A DNA stretch of 64,000 nt. Source: Pirellulales bacterium. GTDB taxonomy: Bacteria; Planctomycetota; Planctomycetia; Pirellulales; UBA1268. Where the stretch lies: assembly GCA_044236455.1 (NCBI GenBank), contig JBIIGJ010000001.1, positions 19,888-83,887 of the forward strand, read 5' to 3'. Positions 1-9,464 of this stretch are shown one piece after another (position 1 is the first letter of the stretch; the number at the start of each line of letters is the position of its first letter). A program made the position numbers and the translations under genes. The notes below the pieces were generated by a model. It saw only the letters and a list, made by a program, of their open reading frames with translations, did not search any database and had not been told where the DNA came from.

Positions 1-332
1 CGGTCGAGGACCGCTGCGGATTGCCCCATGTCCATGTAGGACAGCTGAGCATTTCTCCGCACCATAATCCGGCGACCGCTCAGCATGCCTGGCCAACGAA
101 TGCCGCTGCGTTTCCGGCCGACCACACCACCTTCGATGAGTGTGGCACGCCCCCGGCGCAGGCCTTCCTCGACCCGGAGACGCGGATGCTGATTCGGACG
201 GCCTATTGGACCGACTACGAGGCCTACGGCCACCACTATGATGCAGCACCGGCGATAACGCGACGGATACCAGGCACGGACCGTGAGACGATGGCTCAGG
301 ACCTCCACAAAACATCGTGGCGGGCAGCCTGA
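1..332 (+). CDS. 3' end of an unidentified protein-coding gene, truncated by the window edge
   Basis: The frame of track ORF 21..332 stays open back to nt 3 and ends at TGA 330-332. Third codon positions are GC-rich. No recognisable motif. Confidence 0.3.
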   Translation, partial: VEDRCGLPHVHVGQLSISPHHNPATAQHAWPTNAAAFPADHTTFDECGTPPAQAFLDPETRMLIRTAYWTDYEAYGHHYDAAPAITRRIPGTDRETMAQDLHKTSWRAA

Positions 333-506
333 TCCTGTCTTGCGAACCGAGGCACCCGCTGGCTAAACCCACAATCGCGTGGCCGTCGAGCGGCAAGACA
401 CCTCAGTGAAAGGGGTTGGGTGTGCCGATATTCAGAAGGGGCGGCGTGACTCCGTGCATCACGGTTTGGCGGGTTTGGCGGTGCATCAGTCGACACACTC
501 AAAGGG

Positions 507-1613
507 TTGCTAGCCATGAGTCGTCTATCCCATTTCATTCGTACGTTCGCTCCTCGTGACCATCGCCAGGTGCCTGCACCGACATCTGGGCGAAAAACGC
601 CGCTCGTTCTCCACATCGGCCCGCACAAGACCGGCACGACGGCGATCCAGGCCTTCTGCGAGAGAAACCGCAAGCCATTGGCCAAGGCTGGGTTCTGGTA
701 TCCAACAGCCGGCATCGTGACCGCACAGCACCTCCAACTGCCGGCATGCTATCTCAGTCATCATCATTGCATCCCCGAACCCTTGCTCGGCGGCTGCCCG
801 GAAGAGATTGTCGCCGACATCGCCGCTGAGGTACCGCGTGGGCTCACGCCCTTGATGAGCAGTGAGGTCTACTGGGAACTCTTGACCCTTCAGCCAGCAG
901 CGTTCGAAGCCGTCGTGGCGTTACTCTGTCGTTCCTATCACGTGCACGTCGTCATGGTCGAACGGCCGGTTCGCGATCGATTGTGGAGTGCCGTCAAGTT
1001 CAATGCACGATTGGGCTACGCTTGCGAACCCATCGTGGATTTCGCTGGCGCGAACGAGGTGGATCGCCGGGCACGCCAAAAGCTGGCGGCAATCGGTTGC
1101 CCGGTGATCCGTGTTCCGTACGATCATGCCGACTGCATCTCACCCTTCCTGAAAGCGCTTTCGTCACCATTGATCTCGCGCCAGACGGTTCGGCCGCGTC
1201 GGCTCGACGCCCTCATTCAGAGATGCCAGACGACTGCCTCAAAATTAAGGAAAAACGGAGCGCCGTCGGAGTCTTGGTTTGTCGCCTTCACGCTGGAGTT
1301 TGCGCGTCGGTTATGGACGACCAGAGGCTCTTCCTCGCGCTGTGAAGAGCGTATCGCTTCATTTCTCAAGGAAGCGATGGCAATCGGCGACGAAACCGAG
1401 TTCGTCCGACGGCTGCCAGACGAAGACGTCGTCCTGCAACGGGTCGTCGAAGCGAAGGGCGATATGACCAGCCTCCTGAAACCGGTGGAGGGAGAGGCTT
1501 GGGAAACGATCTGCAGGCACCCTGCCCTGCAACGTGCAGCGATGCGTACCAACTGCATCGACGAATTGAGAGCAGTGACCGAGCCCGCTCGACAACGCCG
1601 GCGGGCCGCCTGA
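507..1613 (+). CDS. sulfotransferase-like P-loop protein (putative)
   Basis: The N-terminal 'LVLHIGPHKTGTTAIQ' resembles the PAPS phosphosulfate-binding loop of sulfotransferase-family proteins. The gene is adjacent to GT4 and GDP-mannose dehydratase genes. Confidence 0.5.
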   Translation: MLAMSRLSHFIRTFAPRDHRQVPAPTSGRKTPLVLHIGPHKTGTTAIQAFCERNRKPLAKAGFWYPTAGIVTAQHLQLPACYLSHHHCIPEPLLGGCPEEIVADIAAEVPRGLTPLMSSEVYWELLTLQPAAFEAVVALLCRSYHVHVVMVERPVRDRLWSAVKFNARLGYACEPIVDFAGANEVDRRARQKLAAIGCPVIRVPYDHADCISPFLKALSSPLISRQTVRPRRLDALIQRCQTTASKLRKNGAPSESWFVAFTLEFARRLWTTRGSSSRCEERIASFLKEAMAIGDETEFVRRLPDEDVVLQRVVEAKGDMTSLLKPVEGEAWETICRHPALQRAAMRTNCIDELRAVTEPARQRRRAA

Positions 1614-1828
1614 CATTCGCGGGCACGAGGCGTTCTGTTGACAGCAGATGCCTCAGGCGATGGCGGAGCCTCCAGCCTGCGCAGCTTGCCAGTTTTTCAC
1701 GACACGGCCGCGACTCTGCCGCTGGCGTTCAGTTTGCGGGCGCCGAATGCCGATAGATCCTCGTGTCGCGGGTATGTGGTCTGGCTGGTTGCAGTCGGTC
1801 TCCTCCATGGTCTTGGGATCGACTATCC

Positions 1829-2995
1829 ATGTTCGCCAAGCAGCGTTTCTCCCAGCAGACCACCGGGCAGGCCCATGCCGACCGGCCCCGCGTTGTGCTC
1901 GATCTCGAAAAGCTTCGACATGCCAACTGCGGGCTTGGCCGGTTCTGCCGGCATCTGGCCGAGAGCATCCTGTCACTCGGCGATCAGACCTTCGATCCCG
2001 TGTTGTTCCTGCCGCAGGAGACTGTCCGGCATTTCCGAGCCGAGGGCGTCGAGCAGATCGAGGTCAGCCCCTGGCGGAAGGAGACGTTCGCCAGCCTCTA
2101 CCGGCCCTTCCTCGCGCCCTTTCAGCGGCGGCAGCGGTACGACCTCTGGCACGTCACGAACCAGACCAGCAAGTATCTGCCGCTCGATCCCACCGTGCCT
2201 GTCGTGCTCACAATCCACGACCTGAACTTCCTCCACGACGACCTCCACAAGGATCGGCCCACCGCCGTGGCTCGCAAACTGGCCGCCGTGCAGCGGAAAG
2301 TGGATCGGGCAACGGCTATCGTCACCGTCTCGCAGTACGTCGCCGACGATGTCGCCGCCCATCTCCGCTTGGATGGAAAGCCTGTGCACGTCGTGCCGTC
2401 GGGTCTATCTGCACCGCCCGCTGCCTCCGTTACGCCGCCGGTATGGGCACCCCGCGGCCGCTTTCTCCTTTCCATTGGCAACTGCCTGCCCCACAAGAAT
2501 TTTCATGCACTGTTCGGGCTGATCGAATCGCTGCCCGACCTCACGCTCGTGATCGCTGGCAAGCGGGAGACACCCTACGGGCAGCAGCTGGTCCGTGAAG
2601 TCGCCGCCCGGAATCTCGGCGGCCGTGTGATCATGACCGGGCAGGTGTCGGACGGCGACCGGCAGTGGCTCTATGAGCAGTGCGAGGCGTTCGTGTTTCC
2701 ATCGCTGACAGAAGGATTCGGCTTTCCCGTGCTCGAGGCGATGCAGTGCGGTAAGCCAGTGTTCATGTCCCGTCGCACGAGCCTCCCTGAAGTGGGCGGG
2801 TCGCTGGGCTTCTACTGGGATTCCTTCGGGGCCGAGCACATGGCGGCGGTTTTTCGCGCTGGCATGGCGGCCGTGGCGGGAATGCCGGGCTTCGCCACCG
2901 CGGCCCGGGCCCACGCGGCCGAATTTTCCTGGGAAAACGCGGCCCGCGGGTATCTCGGGGTCTACCGCTCCGTGCTGGATCGGGCGGCGGCCTGA
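1829..2995 (+). CDS. glycosyltransferase family 4 (GT-B fold)
   Basis: 'FVFPSLTEGFGFPVLEAMQCGKPVF' is the GT4 EX7E region. Start placed at ATG 1829 (MFAKQ) inside track ORF 1763..2995. Confidence 0.85.
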   Translation: MFAKQRFSQQTTGQAHADRPRVVLDLEKLRHANCGLGRFCRHLAESILSLGDQTFDPVLFLPQETVRHFRAEGVEQIEVSPWRKETFASLYRPFLAPFQRRQRYDLWHVTNQTSKYLPLDPTVPVVLTIHDLNFLHDDLHKDRPTAVARKLAAVQRKVDRATAIVTVSQYVADDVAAHLRLDGKPVHVVPSGLSAPPAASVTPPVWAPRGRFLLSIGNCLPHKNFHALFGLIESLPDLTLVIAGKRETPYGQQLVREVAARNLGGRVIMTGQVSDGDRQWLYEQCEAFVFPSLTEGFGFPVLEAMQCGKPVFMSRRTSLPEVGGSLGFYWDSFGAEHMAAVFRAGMAAVAGMPGFATAARAHAAEFSWENAARGYLGVYRSVLDRAAA

Positions 2996-3047
2996 ACGGC
3001 CTCTCCGTCGGCCAAGCTGATCTTTCGATCACCCCGGGGGACTTGCT

Positions 3048-4079
3048 ATGACCCCCGGCATCATGCCTAGCCCCCTGCGCCTGCAGCCATCCTCCGCACG
3101 AAAAGCCCTCATCTGTGGGATGGGCGGCCAGGATGGCAGCTACCTCGCAGCCCATCTGCTCGAACTCGGCTACACGGTCGTCGGCACCAGCCGCGACGCC
3201 CAGACGAGCCGCTTTGACGGGCTCACACGGCTGGGCATCCGCGATCGCGTGACGGTGGAGTCGATGTCGCTCGTCGACTTTCGCTCCACGATGCAGGTGC
3301 TCGCCCGCACGCAGCCCGACGAGGTCTACAACCTCGCCGGCCAGACCTCCGTGGGCCTCTCGTTCAACCAGCCCGTGGAGACGTTCGAGAGCATCGTCAT
3401 CGGCACGGTGAATCTGCTCGAGGCGATCCGGATGCTCGGCCGGCCGATCCGGCTCTACAACGCCGGCAGCTCCGAGATGTTTGGCAATACCGGCGACCAG
3501 CCGGCCGGCGAGACCACTGTGCTGCGGCCCTGCAGCCCCTATGGCATCGCCAAGGCGACCTCCTTCTGGCAGATCGCCCAGTATCGACAGGCCTACAAAA
3601 TAGAAGCCTGCACCGGCATCCTCTTCAACCACGAAAGCCCGCTGCGGCCGGAGCGGTTCGTGACGCAGAAGATCGTGGCGGGCGCCTGCCGCGTGGCCGC
3701 GGGCGAACAGGATGTGCTCAGCCTCGGCGACCTCTCCATCCGCCGCGACTGGGGCTGGGCGCCGGAGTATGTCGTGGCCATGCACCGCATGCTGCAACTC
3801 GACACGCTCGAAGACTTCGTGATCGCCACCGGCCAGACGACGAGCCTCGAGGACTTCGTCCGCGAGGTGTTCGCCAGCCTCGGCCTCGACTGGCGGAAGC
3901 ACGTCGTCCGCGATCCCGCGCTCACGCGGCCGAGCGAGATCCTCTCGGGACGCGCCGACACGTCGCACGCTACGGCCCGGCTGGGCTGGACCGCCTGCTC
4001 CCACATGAAGGACGTCGCCCGCATGATGGTCGAGGCGCGGCTCGCGTCACAGGCTCCGGCTGTCCGTCGCGCGGCGTGA
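3048..4079 (+). CDS. gmd: GDP-mannose 4,6-dehydratase
   Basis: 'KALICGMGGQDGSYLAAHLLELGY', 'NLAGQTSVGLSF' and 'SPYGIAKA..' match the GMD / extended-SDR signature (GxxGQDGSYL, YxxxK). Confidence 0.9.
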   Translation: MTPGIMPSPLRLQPSSARKALICGMGGQDGSYLAAHLLELGYTVVGTSRDAQTSRFDGLTRLGIRDRVTVESMSLVDFRSTMQVLARTQPDEVYNLAGQTSVGLSFNQPVETFESIVIGTVNLLEAIRMLGRPIRLYNAGSSEMFGNTGDQPAGETTVLRPCSPYGIAKATSFWQIAQYRQAYKIEACTGILFNHESPLRPERFVTQKIVAGACRVAAGEQDVLSLGDLSIRRDWGWAPEYVVAMHRMLQLDTLEDFVIATGQTTSLEDFVREVFASLGLDWRKHVVRDPALTRPSEILSGRADTSHATARLGWTACSHMKDVARMMVEARLASQAPAVRRAA

Positions 4080-5639
4080 GTCGAGCTGCCCGCGGTGCTG
4101 TCGCCAACACTGCAGCGTGATGGCGAGCAACAGCCCGCCGCACACGAGCGGGAAGGCCTGGCCGATCCGGCCGGCGGGCGGGCGGGCCTCCATGAGCGGC
4201 ACGTCGGCCACGAGCACGTCCTGCACGTGCAGCGGCAGCCGCGCCGAGATCGTGCCCAGCGGAGAAACCACGCAGGTCTCGCCTGTCGCCGCGCACCGCA
4301 CCAGACAGCGACGGTTTTCCACGGCCCGCATCTGTGCGAGCAGCCGATGCTGGAGCAGCGTCAGCGTCGCCCTGAACGACGAGCCGTTGATGAGCGAGAT
4401 GAGCACGTTGGCACCATTGTCGACGAGCGACGCAGCCGCTGCGGGCACCATGTCTTCGTAGCAGAGCATCACGCCAAGCCGCGCGGTGTCGCCCAGCGGC
4501 AGCGTGTTGGCATCCGGCCCCACGTCGAGTTCGTCCATCGGGAAGTAGTGCCGAATCTCCGGCATCCAGTCGCAGCCCGGCACATATTCGCCGAACGGCA
4601 TCAGGTGCCGCTTGTGGTAGCGGCCGACGATCCGCTCCGCGCCGTCCACGAGGATCGCGGACTGGTAGATGTCGTTGGGCCGTTCGGGATAGCCCCGGTA
4701 GATCTTGCCGCCGAAGAGGAGCGGACACGCAGGGTCGGCCAGCGGCCGCAGCCCCCGCTGCGGTTCACGCGACTGGGAAAACACCCGCTGCGGATCGGCG
4801 AAGGATGCGAGCGACTCCTCGTAGGATCCACCGCTGCATTCCGGCCAGCAGATCAGGTCGAAGCCGCCGGCATGCTGCGCACACGCCTCCTGGGAGACCC
4901 GCTGCAGTTCTTTCAGGGCACCTTCCTGACTGGGATCGACCTGCACGAGTGCCACGTTGAGTTTCGGGGCCGCGGCGATCCGCGCCGACCAGGCCTGCAT
5001 CGCCCAGCAGCCATAGGCCAGGTTGGCTGCGCAGAGGACGATCGCGGCCAGACCGATGGCCGTCCACGGCCGTCCGCCGGTTCCCGAAAGCCGGCGTCGG
5101 ATTATCTCGGCCACCAGAACGATCACCCCGGCATGGGCATAGAGCACGAAGGTGGAGGCTTCCGGGCCGAGCAGGTCCACCGACTGGATGAGCACGGGCC
5201 AGGCCAACTGGCTGTAGCCCAGCTTCCAAGGGAACACGCTCGTGACGAAGGCCTCCGACACGACCGCGACGAGCGCCGCGGGGAGCCAGGCATTGCGGGC
5301 GTCGGTGACCGTGCGGCTGACAAACCAAAACGGCAGCGAGAGCCGCATGGCGTCCCAAAGCACGATCGGCAGAGTGAAGGCCAGGCCGATCGCGTAGCTC
5401 GTCTCCACCGAATCCGCGAGCACCTCTGGCGACCAGTGAAACGCCGTCGCCAGTGCCGTGGCGGCCGCGGCCAGCGCGAGCGTCTCGCCCCGCCAGCCGC
5501 GCAGGTGCGGCAGCGCGAGCAGGCCCGCCGCCACGCCCAGCCACTCGCAGGGCACGAGATCCTGCCAGAGCCAGGGCAGTGCGATCACGATCGCGATCGC
5601 CGCCGCCACGAGGGCGTGTTGGGGAAGAGAACCGTTCAT
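4047..5639 (-). CDS. lnt: apolipoprotein N-acyltransferase
   Basis: The N-terminus is multi-TM and the C-terminus is a CN-hydrolase domain. The E-K-C triad contexts are 'ICWPECSG', 'YHKRHLMPFGEYVP' and 'VMLCYEDMVP'. Its 3' end overlaps gmd by 33 nt (convergent). Confidence 0.85.
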   Translation of the reverse strand: MNGSLPQHALVAAAIAIVIALPWLWQDLVPCEWLGVAAGLLALPHLRGWRGETLALAAAATALATAFHWSPEVLADSVETSYAIGLAFTLPIVLWDAMRLSLPFWFVSRTVTDARNAWLPAALVAVVSEAFVTSVFPWKLGYSQLAWPVLIQSVDLLGPEASTFVLYAHAGVIVLVAEIIRRRLSGTGGRPWTAIGLAAIVLCAANLAYGCWAMQAWSARIAAAPKLNVALVQVDPSQEGALKELQRVSQEACAQHAGGFDLICWPECSGGSYEESLASFADPQRVFSQSREPQRGLRPLADPACPLLFGGKIYRGYPERPNDIYQSAILVDGAERIVGRYHKRHLMPFGEYVPGCDWMPEIRHYFPMDELDVGPDANTLPLGDTARLGVMLCYEDMVPAAAASLVDNGANVLISLINGSSFRATLTLLQHRLLAQMRAVENRRCLVRCAATGETCVVSPLGTISARLPLHVQDVLVADVPLMEARPPAGRIGQAFPLVCGGLLLAITLQCWRQHRGQLDSRRATDSRSL

Positions 5640-5833
5640 GCCTCGGTTCTAATCCCGATTGGAGGCCCGTACAAACAACCGCGACGCTTCGGACCCCATG
5701 CTCTTGGCCCGCAGAGCAGAAACGAGCAAGCCGGACATCGCGGCGGGGTGCCTCCCCCCGTGATGTCCGGCCTGTGGTCTCGTTTCGGACCTGGGTTCCG
5801 GACGCGCCGGAACAAGGTCTGGCAGAACCTCGA

Positions 5834-6220
5834 CTAGAACAGCACGCCCGGAGGGGCAAAGGTCAGCGTGGTCGTGGTGCCGTCAGCTGCAGCCTGGAGA
5901 TACACGACCTGCCTATTGGCGAAGGTGTAGTTCAGGGTCTGTGGCACATTCTGCGCCGTGTCCGCAGCCCAGGCCTGGCTGGCAACCTTCTTCAACCGAA
6001 ACTGGGCCACGCCGTTCTGGGCAACCTGCTTGGCGCCAGCAGCACCAGTCGCCGATCCATTGGCTGCATTCACGAGTACCGGCCCGGGGCCGATGTTCTT
6101 GATGCGAACACTCTGGGTATTCGCCTTGGAACTGCCGTTGCTCCGACCACCCGCAAACGCGGCGTCGGCAGCACACGCCAAGGCAAGGATTGCCAAGGCA
6201 ATGGAAAAGCTGCGAATCAT
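5834..6220 (-). CDS. small secreted protein, unknown function
   Basis: Signal peptide 'MIRSFSIALAILALACAADAAFA'. It is the last gene of a same-strand trio with the DUF1559 gene. Confidence 0.6.
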   Translation of the reverse strand: MIRSFSIALAILALACAADAAFAGGRSNGSSKANTQSVRIKNIGPGPVLVNAANGSATGAAGAKQVAQNGVAQFRLKKVASQAWAADTAQNVPQTLNYTFANRQVVYLQAAADGTTTTLTFAPPGVLF

Positions 6221-6372
6221 GGAAACCTCTCTTCGAAGGAAAAAACTGGCAAATCACGGCCGTACGAAGTTCGTGCGGCCGACCACGGGTTGCCCCGTAA
6301 TGTTGGTGGCGGGTTTGCCCCGCGTGGGTGGATGGGTGGATGGTCCTGGGGAATGATCGTGGAGGAATGGTT

Positions 6373-7287
6373 CTAGAGGCCGATGGTCTCCGTCTCGCCA
6401 CCGCTCTTGGTGCAGATGGCAATCAGCACGGAGGCATCGGTTCGCTCGCTGATGAAGGTCACGCGGCCGTCACCAAACAGGCCGTAGATACCTCCAAAGT
6501 GCATGCTCCGAAACCCATCCGAATCTGAAATGTTGATCACCCGGGAGTTGAGAGGAAAGCAGTTGAAGCCGCTGGCCCAGCCACTGTCGCCCGCCCTGCG
6601 GGTGTCAGGGGCGCCGGCCTGCTCCCGATCGACCCCCTCGGTCACGATCAGGGTTCGCGACAAGCCGTCCGTGGCCGAGGCTGCCGTGGCAGGCTGGCGA
6701 GGCTGTTGGGCGGGCACCGTCCCGGGGTCGTACCTGGGGGGCATGTAGAGTTCCTCCCCAGTGGCGTACAGCACGCCGGAGGCGAGGTAGCGCAGATCGG
6801 TGCTGTTGACGACCGCGAGGGAATCGCCGTTTCGATTGATCCAGGCCCCGAGGACACCGCCGTAATCCTGTTTGCCGACGAACGTTTTCATGCCGCTCGG
6901 GCAGACGTATGTGGGAATCGTCACGTCGGCGATGGCGGCATTGCCGCCGCTGTCGTCCCACGGCTTCGAGTAGTCGAGACGGTTGGAAACCGTGGACTGC
7001 TCCAGGAACGGCAGGACATAGGAGGACCAAGCATGGTAGCGCTTGCTGGTTTGTTCGTTTCCGGGCGGAAACCGCTTCTTGGCCTGTTCATAGTTGGCCA
7101 GCGCCACACCCATCTGCCGGAGGTTGTTCGCGCACTGCGTCTGGCGGCCAGATTCGCGCATCCGCTGAATGGCCGGGAGCAGAAGTCCGATCAGCGTGCC
7201 GATGATGGCAAGCACCGCCAGCAACTCAATCAGCGTGAAGCCGACGCGGACGGTTGTTTGGCCGCGGATGGTGAAGCGGTGGTGCAT
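6373..7287 (-). CDS. DUF1559 domain protein with prepilin-type N-terminal cleavage/methylation motif
   Basis: 'GFTLIELLAVLAIIGTLIGLLLPAIQRMRESGRQTQCANNLRQMGVALANYE' is the canonical planctomycete DUF1559 / type IV pilin-like N-terminus. Confidence 0.9.
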   Translation of the reverse strand: MHHRFTIRGQTTVRVGFTLIELLAVLAIIGTLIGLLLPAIQRMRESGRQTQCANNLRQMGVALANYEQAKKRFPPGNEQTSKRYHAWSSYVLPFLEQSTVSNRLDYSKPWDDSGGNAAIADVTIPTYVCPSGMKTFVGKQDYGGVLGAWINRNGDSLAVVNSTDLRYLASGVLYATGEELYMPPRYDPGTVPAQQPRQPATAASATDGLSRTLIVTEGVDREQAGAPDTRRAGDSGWASGFNCFPLNSRVINISDSDGFRSMHFGGIYGLFGDGRVTFISERTDASVLIAICTKSGGETETIGL

Positions 7288-7311
7288 AGGGAGGAACTGG
7301 GAATGGAGGAA

Positions 7312-8136
7312 CTACAGGATTTGAAACGTGGTCGAGGCGCCACCGGCGAGCAGGTTGCCGGCGCGGTCCGCGATCCCCGCCGAGGCCAGGGTGAGCGTAT
7401 ACGTCCCTGGTTCCGCAAGCGTGAACTGCTCCTGAAACGTGAAGGTCTTCGCGTCGGATGAGGCGGAGAGCGTGACCTTCCCCAAAAGGGGATAGAGCCG
7501 CACGTCGGCGATCGACCGATTGGAGAAGCTGAGTCCAGACGCCGTTCGGCCCGCAAGTCGCAGGCTGGCCAACGAGACGCCTGAGACCGGCTCCGAGAAT
7601 GTCAGCGTCGCGCGGCCATTGACCGCGTCGTAGCCGATGCTGGCCGTGGGCCGCGAGTCGTCGATCCGGAGAGACAGGCGGGTGGAGGGGCCGCTCGAAA
7701 CGTTCGCGGCGGTGATCGCGTAGGCGGTGATCGCGTACTCCCCGGCGGTGAATGGCCGAGCGGCCGGGGTGGTCAGGCTCCACACCCCGAAGGCATTGGC
7801 CCGGACCGTGCCGAGCGGTTGTGTGCGTAGGGCGTCGGTGTAGACGACCACGGTGGAACGGGCCGGGGCTCTGCCGGTAAACGTAGGCCGCGACAACCTG
7901 GTGACCCCGTCTCCACGGACTCCCGTATCGCTGGCCGCAGTCAGCGCGACCGAAGGGGGCGGCACGTTTGCCGGCAACACCGTCAGCGCGATCCTCGGCT
8001 CCAGCGACTCAAGTCCAATCGACGCCGCAGGCTTCCGCACGCCGCGGGCGATGCCCGTCGTGCCTGCCGATCGCTGCCGCAACGGAGCGTCTGATTTCCG
8101 CGAGGGAAACAGGTGCTGTGCGAGAGAGAAGAACAT
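7312..8136 (-). CDS. secreted protein with Ig-like beta domains, unknown function
   Basis: N-terminal 'GLESLEPRIALTV' motif is followed by 'TAASDTGVRGDGVTRLSRPTFTGRAP', which resembles bacterial Ig-like repeats. Start uncertain. Confidence 0.6.
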   Translation of the reverse strand: MFFSLAQHLFPSRKSDAPLRQRSAGTTGIARGVRKPAASIGLESLEPRIALTVLPANVPPPSVALTAASDTGVRGDGVTRLSRPTFTGRAPARSTVVVYTDALRTQPLGTVRANAFGVWSLTTPAARPFTAGEYAITAYAITAANVSSGPSTRLSLRIDDSRPTASIGYDAVNGRATLTFSEPVSGVSLASLRLAGRTASGLSFSNRSIADVRLYPLLGKVTLSASSDAKTFTFQEQFTLAEPGTYTLTLASAGIADRAGNLLAGGASTTFQIL

Positions 8137-8480
8137 AGGAAACCTTGGGGAAGAACAACGGGATGGTTGGGGGTGGGGCGGCGGCGGCCTCGACGGCCCA
8201 AGCTCCGGGGACCGTATTTTCGTTTGTCAAAAGGTCGAGTCAAGGAAAACAGCAGCAGGGAATCCTGGATTGCCAAACGGCAGGGAAAGAGGCTGTTTTC
8301 CTGCCGGCCGGCGAACCCCGCCCCGGTGGACACCCGCGGCAGCCCCGGCCGGGAGGGGGGCATCGCCACGCTCGACCGGCCTGTGCGGTGGGGATCGTGC
8401 GCGTATGATCGGGCCCGTCATCCGGTTCCGCGGCGGTCGTTTCTCGTAGGCCAGGGCGTGTTCCGCCCTCAAGAAGGATC

Positions 8481-9464
8481 GTGTCCATGAATGTTCTCGT
8501 CACTGGCGGCGCGGGGTTTATCGGGAGCCACATCGTCGATGAGCTGCAGCAGGCCGGTCATCGGGTGGAGGTGCTCGACGATCTCTCCAGCGGCTCCCGC
8601 GACAACCTGCCGGCCGGCGTGCCCCTGCATGTTGCCGACATCGTCGATCCGGAGGCGGTGGCCCGCGTGTTTGCGGCGGCGCGGCCCGAACTGGTCTGTC
8701 ATCAGGCGGCGCAGATGTCGGTCAGTCGGTCGGTCCGCGAACCGCTCTTCGATGCCCAGGTCAACTGCATCGGCTTGATCAATGTCCTGCAAGCCGCTGC
8801 CAGACAAGGCTGTCGCCGTGTTGTGTTTGCGTCCAGCGGGGGCGTGCTCTACGGAGATGTCACGACCCCGGCTCCCGAGTCGACGCCCGCCAACCCGGTC
8901 AGTCCGTACGGGATCACCAAGTGGGTGGGTGAACGGTACCTGAAATTCTTTGCAGAAGAGCACCGCATGGCGACCGTGGCCCTGCGGTATTCCAACGTCT
9001 ACGGACCCCGTCAAAACCCGCACGGCGAGGCGGGCGTGGTCGCCATTTTCTGCCGCAAACTGCTGGCGGGTGAGCCGGCGAGGATCAATGGCGACGGCCG
9101 CTATGTCCGCGACTATGTCTTTGGAGTCGATGTTGCCAGGGCCAACGTACTCGCGCTCACCGCCGACCTACCGCAGGTGGTGCCGGGAACTCTCACGAGC
9201 CTCAATGTCGGCACCGGCATCGGTGCCGACGTCAACGAACTCGAAGTGAAAATCCGGCAGGCAGTTGCCGCAGCCCTGGGGCGGCGGGGCAGGCCGACAA
9301 CGCTGCCCGAGCCCGACCATGGCCCGGCCCGGCCCGGCGACCTGCGGTCGAATCTGGTCGATGCCACGCTCGCCGGACGGGTGCTCGGCTGGCGGCCGGC
9401 AGTGGCGCTCGAGGAAGGATTGGCACTGACGGCGGAATGGTTCGCCGCACACGAAAACGACTAG
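8481..9464 (+). CDS. NAD-dependent epimerase/dehydratase (UDP-glucose 4-epimerase-like)
   Basis: 'VLVTGGAGFIGSHIV' Rossmann motif and 'SPYGITKWVGERY' (YxxxK). Length 327 aa. Confidence 0.85.
   Translation: MSMNVLVTGGAGFIGSHIVDELQQAGHRVEVLDDLSSGSRDNLPAGVPLHVADIVDPEAVARVFAAARPELVCHQAAQMSVSRSVREPLFDAQVNCIGLINVLQAAARQGCRRVVFASSGGVLYGDVTTPAPESTPANPVSPYGITKWVGERYLKFFAEEHRMATVALRYSNVYGPRQNPHGEAGVVAIFCRKLLAGEPARINGDGRYVRDYVFGVDVARANVLALTADLPQVVPGTLTSLNVGTGIGADVNELEVKIRQAVAAALGRRGRPTTLPEPDHGPARPGDLRSNLVDATLAGRVLGWRPAVALEEGLALTAEWFAAHEND

Noticed and set aside
8279-8309. Hairpin ggcagggaaa..ttttcctgcc in the divergent region between 7312-8136 and the epimerase gene, considered as a riboswitch or terminator.
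   Set aside because: It is an imperfect stem with no T tract in either direction and no recognisable riboswitch core, so the evidence is insufficient.
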